A DNA stretch of 61,120 bases, counting the filler, from Platydemus manokwari (Eukaryota): NCBI GenBank assembly GCA_037951405.1. It is 6 parts of 6 records of this genome, joined end to end, with 100 filler letters (N's around TTAATTAATTAA, not from the genome) between each part and the next. Parts side by side here need not be neighbours in the genome. Positions count along the whole stretch, not along the records: positions 49,103 to 61,120 come from JBBMOY010344448.1; 5 more parts are not named here. One strand, given 5' to 3'. Below, in pieces: positions 53,671 to 61,120 of this stretch. The notes under the pieces are model-generated. The model was not told the DNA's origin. It made no database searches and saw nothing but the letters and a program-made list of their open reading frames with translations. A program made the translations under genes and the position numbers. Within the stretch, counting starts at the first letter, position 1. Each line of letters opens with the position of its first letter.

Positions 53671-56281
53671 ATGAATAATTTATTTTTAACTTCCAACTCA
53701 AATAAATCCAATTCTCTCATTAACAGAAATCAAGATATTCTAGAACTTAAAAAATGTTTAACTGTTGAAATACTAAATTGTCATTACAGAGGATTATTAA
53801 AGTCAACTGAATGGCTTACTGATATTCTTAACAGTAAAAATTTAAGTATGTGTGAAAATACTATTATGGATTTCACAAAATCAGTTTCTCCTTATTACAT
53901 TAAATACATTACGAGTAAAACATTATTTGACAATAACGAATATCTTAGATGTTCTCATCACCTCAAGGATTTTCTAAATAAACATGATATTTTGGATTTC
54001 TTATTTTTTTATTCGAGATTTAAAGCCAGTTTGAAGTATTTGTATGAAAGTGAAAGTGATTGGATGAATAATGAATCGCAACAGTACACTGATAGTTTAA
54101 TTTCTCTTAAAGAAGATGTAGAAGAGTTTTTAGATACTAAAAACCATGATGCTTATATGCTTTATTTGTATGGAATAATATTGAAAAAACTACAACTGAA
54201 AAATGAAGCAAAGTCTGCACTTGTTAAAGCCTTGAATAAAAATCAGACTCTGTGGCCAGCGTGGTTTGAATTAAGTGAAATTGCCACAAACGATGACGTT
54301 AATCTTCCTAATAATTGGATGCGACATTTTTTCGAAGTCAAATCTCTGAAACTTAAGAACAATAAAGAAGAATGTGATAAAGCCATAAATAATTTGATGA
54401 AGAACGGCTTTGATAATGTAGACGATTTAAAGATAGATTTGGCTATTGTAAATGAAGAAATTAACAATAGTACTTATTCACTAGAATTATTTAATGAAGT
54501 AAGTCACGTTATGGTTTGGTATTTTAGCTATTAACTATCTTACAATGTAATTCTCTATTTAGAAATCTTGATAAATATTTGAAACATTTTTCTTTCATTC
54601 AGATTTATAAAAAAGATCCTTATCGAATGGACTATTTTTGCACATTCAGTAATATATTATTCGTTCAAGAAAATCACAAAATGTTAGCGGAACTAACACA
54701 GAATTGTGTGAAAAATGATAGATATCGTTATGAAACAAGTTGTGTGATTGGAAATTTTTACAGTTTACGAAATCAACACGAAAAAGCCGTAATTAATTTC
54801 CACAGGGCTTTGAAAATGAATCCCAATGATTCCAATACTTGGTTACTGACAGGTTAGTAATGAAAATTGGTAACTTAATATGTAGTATATTTATAAGCAT
54901 TACATTGAAAATAATTATTATATAATTATTTTAAATATGTCATAATTATTGTATATAATGATAATGTATAATGATAATAATTATATGTTGTTTAATGTTA
55001 TTTTGTAATGACAATCAATGTTTATAATTATTTTATATCATGATGATAATTATATATGGTTATAATTTCATTTTGTGATGTTAATCAATGTTTATAATAA
55101 TTATATATAATGATAATATATAATTATTTATTGATTAAATGTTATTTTGTGATGGCAATCAAAGTTTATAATCATTATACATGATGATAATAATAATATA
55201 TTGTCATAATGTAATTTTGTGATGATTATCAATGTTTATAATAAATTATATATAATCATTATATAATGTTAATAATTATATATTGTTATAAAGTAATTTT
55301 GTGATGATGTATTATGTTATAGCTCATGAATATTTCGAATTGGAAAACTATAGAGCAGCAGTCAATTGTTATTGTAAAGCAATCACATATAATCCAAACA
55401 GTCATCGAGCACGATATGGATTAGGGCAACTGTATGAAATGTTAAAAATCTATAAATTTGCGCTTATTTGTTACGAGTAATGATTGACAATATAAATCTA
55501 ATGAGCTAAACTAATGATTCTGTCAATAGGAAAGCATATGAGTTGATGCCGAATGATTCACGTATATTAGTAGCTCTTGGAACGGTTTATGAAGAATTAG
55601 ATCGCAATGAGGAAGCAAAAACATGTTTTTATCGAGCACATGCCATTGGTGATGTAGAACATTGTGCTCTGATAAAATTGGGGAAAATATTTGAAAAGAA
55701 AAAAGATATGTCACAAGCTGCTGGAATATTTAGTTTGTTTATTGAAGAAGTACAGGATGGAGGGGTGAGTTGATCAGTATTGATAAAGGATTGACTTGAT
55801 GATCTGTATGTTTTATCTTGATTCAGTTCAGTGCTTTACAGAATCTCAGTTATGCATACATGTTTCTAGCCAATTATTATTGGAAATATACACGCAATTT
55901 CGAGAAAGCACGCAGTTTTGCCATGAAATGTTGTGAGATTCCCGATACGAAAATGGTTGGAGAAGATTTGTTGAGAAAAATAGCTATCAGTAGTAAAGGT
56001 GATATCACAGGTTTGTTAATAATATTATTATGTGATGAGAAATAATATTGATAATGATATTTATAGATCGAGGTTGGAGTGAATACAATTTGGTGAGATT
56101 ATTTTCTGTCGCTGCCACCCCCACCCACTTTCATATTAATTGACCATATTATAATTAATCTATTTAGGAGAGTGATAATATCAATAAATTACCATCAGAT
56201 GAAAATATATCCAATAATGCCATGAATCTCAGTACCGGTGATGATGGCAGGGACATGAATGATCAAGAAATGATGGAATAA
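53671..56281 (+). CDS. CDC23: Cell division cycle protein 23 / APC8 (APC/C TPR subunit), apparently complete
   Basis: Phase-consistent exons: 53671-54498, 54603-54852, 55323-55476, 55530-55764, 55827-56010, 56067-56092, 56168-56281 (TAA). Motifs: RGLLKSTEWL, EYLRCSH, YMLYLYGIIL, WPAWFEL, DPYRMD, YRYETSCVIGNFYSLRNQHEKA, HEYFEL, YGLGQLYE, PNDSRILVALG, AIGDVE. The last two small exons are less certain. Confidence 0.93.
54960..55312. repeat. ~70-80 bp degenerate minisatellite (~5 copies) in CDC23 intron 2
   Basis: ATTTTGT(G/A)ATG..(A/T)ATCAA(T/A)GTTTATAAT recurs near 55000, 55070, 55144 and 55214, with a partial copy at 55296. Confidence 0.85.
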
Positions 56282-56349
56282 TTATAATAATAAATAAAAT
56301 TTATTGTTGTTTATATTTAATATTATACAATTTACAAGAGACATAATAA

Positions 56350-59300
56350 TCATTTGGTATTTTGTGTATAAGTGGAACTGGCAAATACGAGAGCTTCTCT
56401 CAATCGAGATTTTCTGAAAACATTTTTCAAATATTTATTTTTATCCAATCATATTTGCTATTACCTGATCGTTTTGAAAATTGGTTGTTGATTGGATTGC
56501 TTCAATTGTAAACATGTTTTATTTTCGGATTTATGTTCTTTATTGTCAATGAGTGATTGCATCAAATCATTGTAACTACATTAATACAATTATAAAGATA
56601 ATTTTTAAAAACTTACCATTTTTTATTGATGATCTCCATGTCATTTATAGCTTTGGAAAAATTTGTCAACTGATTTTCGACCTGTCGTATCGATACTCCT
56701 ATATTTATAAATTAAATAATAGTCATTATTTTGAAATTCCATATACTGTTAAATAACATGGATCGTGAGGGTCAGGATTGAGATTTACTGCCCATAAACA
56801 TGACTGATTCGATAATTAAAGATTAACAATCATTTAAGTTCATTATCAACAATCATTGAATTATTATGAATGACTTATTTTTGTATTTTATTTGCTGTTT
56901 TTACGTGTTACTTTTGTAAAACTTAATATTCAGTTACACCCGTTTAAAAAGTATTTGATTAAAATACTGCAATACACATAATTTATGACCCGATCGTTTT
57001 AAACGGATGGTTAACTTCGACTATCGTAGGTAATGGCAATTCAACTTGGTGATAATATATTTATCATTGTACGTCATGGTCTTTAAAAAGCGTACCATTG
57101 TAAGACTTAAAATAAAGGAAACTCGAATAACTTGATTTTTAAAAGTATGTCTATTAAAATCCATTAATAATCCAATTCGATAATTACAAGTGAACAACAC
57201 TATTAGATTTCTATTAAAATTACGTACTTACACTACACATTAATATTTACGCGTGTACTGCGAGGTAATGAAAAATAGGACTTAATCATACGACTTAAAT
57301 TGTAAAATTTATCTGAATTATAAAAGTAAAAAAAGACTTTTGAAAGTACTTCGACATTCATCTTAATCTGAGTTATCCTGGCCCGACTAAAGCAAGCGTT
57401 GGCTGTAGTATTTTAATGTAATATATAAGAAATACATGAAGAAATGAGAATATCAATCAATGGAAATATAGACAAGTGTAAACGGCCAATGAAAAACAGA
57501 GACGAATAATTAATATGGACAGAAAAGAAAGGACAGTCCAGCTATTAAAACCTACTTCTCTGAAAAATATTAAGCACAAATATTAAGCAAAAAGTTCAAT
57601 ATACAAATTTGGAAATAAAATTACACACAGCTTTCGCACGAGATTTAATGAACATTTTTGATAAACACTACAGTCATTCGAAGTAATTTGAACAATAATT
57701 TCCACCCAGACGATTGCTTCAGTAAAATGTTTAAAAGATACACTATTTCCTATTTTAAATTGGATCTCAGTCAAGTTCCAGTTCGTTTCACTCAATTTCC
57801 ATTATGGTTTATATAACGTATTCACCGGAGAAGTTTTCATTTCGAACTAAGCTATTCCATTCAAGCATCAATTTATCAGCATTCGTATATTTCACCACTG
57901 TATTCTCATGAATTTCACAAGTAATTTAAATTCTGTGGTTATTTTAGTAGAAATAGTTCTTCGACTGGTATGCTACATTGACGGTAGTGTTGGATCTATA
58001 GAATATATGACACTTTTGACAATCTTTTTGGATACACTTCATTATTATGCTGATTTGTTTCATTTACTTTATATCTGTTTGAATTAAATTAATAATGTAT
58101 AGTAATTTATCAGGATCATTTATCAGTCAACTTTCTTATCTTTGAAGTGATGTGAGGAATAGCATGGTAATCATACAGCACATTATACAGCCACTTATAT
58201 ATATATATATAATTTTAAATTAAATCGCCTTCATTGTAATATTATATTCTTCACGAATTTATTTAAATCTCGATTATTTTATCGGCATATATCAATTGAA
58301 GTTTTCCTCTCTGGTATCGAAAGAAACTGAAAAGAATCATGTGGTATAAATAGGTACTCATTATATTTAAAAATAGCACTGGAAACTAAATTTTAAATCT
58401 GATAAATGAACTCTATTAAATAAGTGATTTTTTCGAACATAAATGTTTTGTTAACTAGAGTCGAAACTTGACCGATTTTACTATGTTACTTGAATAAATG
58501 ACCAATCCAAATCATTGGATTCCATCCACATCATAACTAAAATCAATATTATAAGTTTGATAATATTTTGATTTTTCAAATGGAAATATAATCATTTCGA
58601 TTTTGTAATTTTATTTCCTCGAAAAATCGATCCATCTTAAAATACTTAATCGATTTTCGTTTCATATTTCACGTAGATATATTTCTTTGCCAAATATTTA
58701 ATAAAATAAAAATAGAAGAGTATTTCAACAGAAATAAATATAAAATTATCAATAAACCTGCAGCAGCGGTTAATGGACGCATCGGCAAAGGATGATTATT
58801 AGTATTCTGATAATTTGGTTTTGTTAGACAAACCTAGAAAATCCATTAGTGAAATATGAAAATAATCCATTTAACACACACATTATCCAGCATTTTCAAA
58901 TTGGGAATGAACTTGAGAATAATTGGCGAATTATATCGCTCATTCGTTTCTTCATTGATAATGGGAAAATCATTCTCCAGTATGGATAATTCAAATAGAG
59001 TATCAAAATGTGATATATTATCCTAATGATGCGATAACATTATTTAGAGAAATCTTACAAATTCGGATTATCTTACAAGAAAAGTTGTTATATCGTGTAA
59101 ACCATTTTTATTCATGTTCAACACTTCCAAATTGGGAAATATCGTTGGCATCAATTTTGTGTGATTCAAAGGTATCTGATTATTCGCAATATTTAAAGAT
59201 TCTAAACGACTATTCGAACCAATATTGTTTAACTTATATATTTGTCTTTATTCTTACTTTAATACTCCAAGATTGTTTAATTCTGTTATTTTATTATTAG

Positions 59301-59515
59301 AAACATCTAAATTCGTTAACGATTTATTATCCTTGAGTCCATTAATGTTTGTGATTAAATTATTATTTAGACGAATTTCCAAGAGCTTAATAATAACATT
59401 ATATTAAAAACCAATAAATATAATTTACCTTTTTACAACGAGAAAGATCTGGAATAGTTTCAATTACATTATTCGATGCATAAAATTCTTCTAAATTTGC
59501 TAGGCAAGTAATGAA
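56350..59515 (-). CDS. SDS22-like leucine-rich-repeat protein with LRRcap and C-terminal extension; 5' exons not identified (probably beyond the window)
   Basis: Eight phase-consistent GT-AG exons, none in the ORF track: 59515-59429 FITCLANLEEFYASNNVIETIPDLSRCKK; 59385-59258 LLEIRLNNNLITNINGLKDNKSLTNLDVSNNKITELNNLGVL; 59209-59077 RLESLNIANNQI...FPNLEVLNMNKNGL; 59022-58882 ...RYNSPIILKFIPNLKMLDN; 58833-58758 ...PMRPLTAAA; 56698-56617; 56575-56465; 56413-56350 KSRLREALVFASSTYTQNTK*. Confidence 0.85.
57620..58010 (-). mobile_element. Possible gypsy remnant in the long LRR-gene intron
   Basis: IQFKIGNSVSFKHF...W resembles the integrase C-terminal F..GD.V..RNF...W pattern. Decayed. Confidence 0.25.
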
Positions 59516-59858
59516 CTGAAAATATTTTGAAAATTATTTTACAAAATAGAAAATTTTCTTTCTATAGACGGTCTTAAAATTGAAAAACACACATGATTTA
59601 TAGCTGTAATTAATAATTCATAGGAGAAGATGCCTTCAATAGGGAAAATTGAAATTGATTAATTACCAAAGCTTTTTAAAATTATTATGTAATGATTTGA
59701 AAACCAAAATCCAGTTCGTTTTCATAAAAACCAATAACTAGATTTTCTCATTTTAAGAAGCGACGCTTATCCCAATAAACATGGTATTTTATATGGTATG
59801 AGGATTTACTGATCAAAGCATTAATAATGTGATATACCAGTAAACTGATTCTCTAAAT

Positions 59859-60583
59859 CAGTGGTCCTCACACTTTTTGTGTTGTGACCCACTTTACGAG
59901 TCCAATTTTTTTCGCGATCCCTAGGGACTAAAATAGAAATAATAAAGTAAATTTTTTAATAAAATTTTTTCAACAACAAGAAATTAAAATATATTTCATA
60001 ATAACAACGATTTTGCATATTCTGGCATAAAACATCAAATCTTGGCTCTACTTCGGTGATGGTTGGTCTCAATACTAATTCCATATCTTTAAAATTCGAT
60101 CGATATTTTGTCTTAATATAAATCAGTGTCAAAAATGATTTTTCGCAAAAATAAGTAATGGCAAAAGGAAGAAGAGAAAGTATGGTTAGTTTTGATAATA
60201 GTGGATATTCTGTTTTTACACTAGCTCAAAAGGAGCTTAATTTTTTTTTGAAAAATTTATTTTTAAGCTCAAATCACGGGAGAGTTCTGAAAACTCTTAT
60301 TGAGGTTTGGGTGAGAGATGATTCATTTTTTTTAATAATTAGAACATATTCTTGTTGAGACTGTTTTTTCCATTAAGAAAAACATTACTATTTTGTCGGC
60401 TAATAATATCAATTAAGTAAAAGAATAATTGTATTAAAAAATTTTTGAAATTATACTTCTCATATTTAAAGAATATTTTCTTATGATTAATTATTTACTA
60501 TAACGTTGAAATTTCTAGCGACCCCAAAAAATTTTTTCGTGATCCACTGGTGGGTCGCATCCACCCTCATTTGAAGAACACTG
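59859..60583 (-). mobile_element. Non-autonomous Buster-type hAT (725 bp) retaining the transposase C-terminal dimerization region
   Basis: Ends CAGTGGTCCTCACA and TTTGAAGAACACTG; 8-bp TSD CTCTAAAT/CTCTAGAT with central TA; subterminal GACCC motifs. Minus-strand EYPLLSKLTILSLLPFAITYFCEKSFLTLIYIKTKYRS. Confidence 0.92.
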
Positions 60584-61120
60584 CTCTAGATAATTCACTA
60601 AATCTTTACCATTTATGTATTAAAAGCAAAAATAATAAATTGATAAATTTAATTTGTTATTCAGAAATTTTTCATTTATGAGTGCATAACCCCGAGAGAT
60701 TTTTTAAAATAATATTTATAAAATAAAATAAGGTAACAATTTTGTGCAATTCAAAGAACAAATGGGTGAATAATTATCATTCTTTTAAATTATCAATCAC
60801 AGAAACAAGTAATCAATCGGTAAACCATTTCCGTAGTTCTTAATACCCACCACTGTTAGAGAGGACTTCGAATCAACTATCGATCACCATTGGATTTGAA
60901 TCCAGGTTTATCTCAAAAAACTTCATTATCAATTAACTCTAAACTATAGATACGAACTACATTATGATTTTGATTTATTTCATACCATATCTCCAAGGAC
61001 TGTTGAACATATAGTTTATAACTTTTTAATTTATTTTTTTGCTTTGATATAAATATGAAAAAACTATTAGATATACTGAATATTTAAACCAGTTAAATTT
61101 TATGTAAATAATAAGTATTA

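Noticed and set aside
59010-59407. + strand ORFs 59010..59300 and 59225..59407
   Set aside because: Antisense to the real LRR exons.

Overview
This is AT-rich eukaryotic (metazoan-type) genomic DNA. The 41-60 nt GT-AG introns and the transposon mix would fit a flatworm such as a planarian, but that is inference only. The window consists of six ~9-12 kb contigs joined by artificial 100-bp spacers (44N-TTAATTAATTAA-44N), so adjacency across gaps is not evidence of linkage. Four spliced host genes were reconstructed by hand: the 3' half of site-1 protease MBTPS1 (-), DIS3L2 lacking its last exon(s) (+), a complete CDC23/APC8 (+), and an SDS22-like LRR gene (-) that the ORF track misses entirely and that ends 68 bp from CDC23. 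The most interesting object is a NeSL-like, R2-superfamily restriction-endonuclease non-LTR retrotransposon (39.9-44.6 kb, -). Ahead of its RT it carries two tandem Ulp1/C48 protease domains, one with an intact His-Asp-Cys triad and one catalytically dead. It ends in AATAAA followed by a 49-nt poly(T) rather than poly(A). Part of its deleted RT segment reappears ~0.8 kb upstream. Also present are a decayed mariner, two Buster-type hAT elements, Penelope, gypsy and RTE remnants, and mini/microsatellites.
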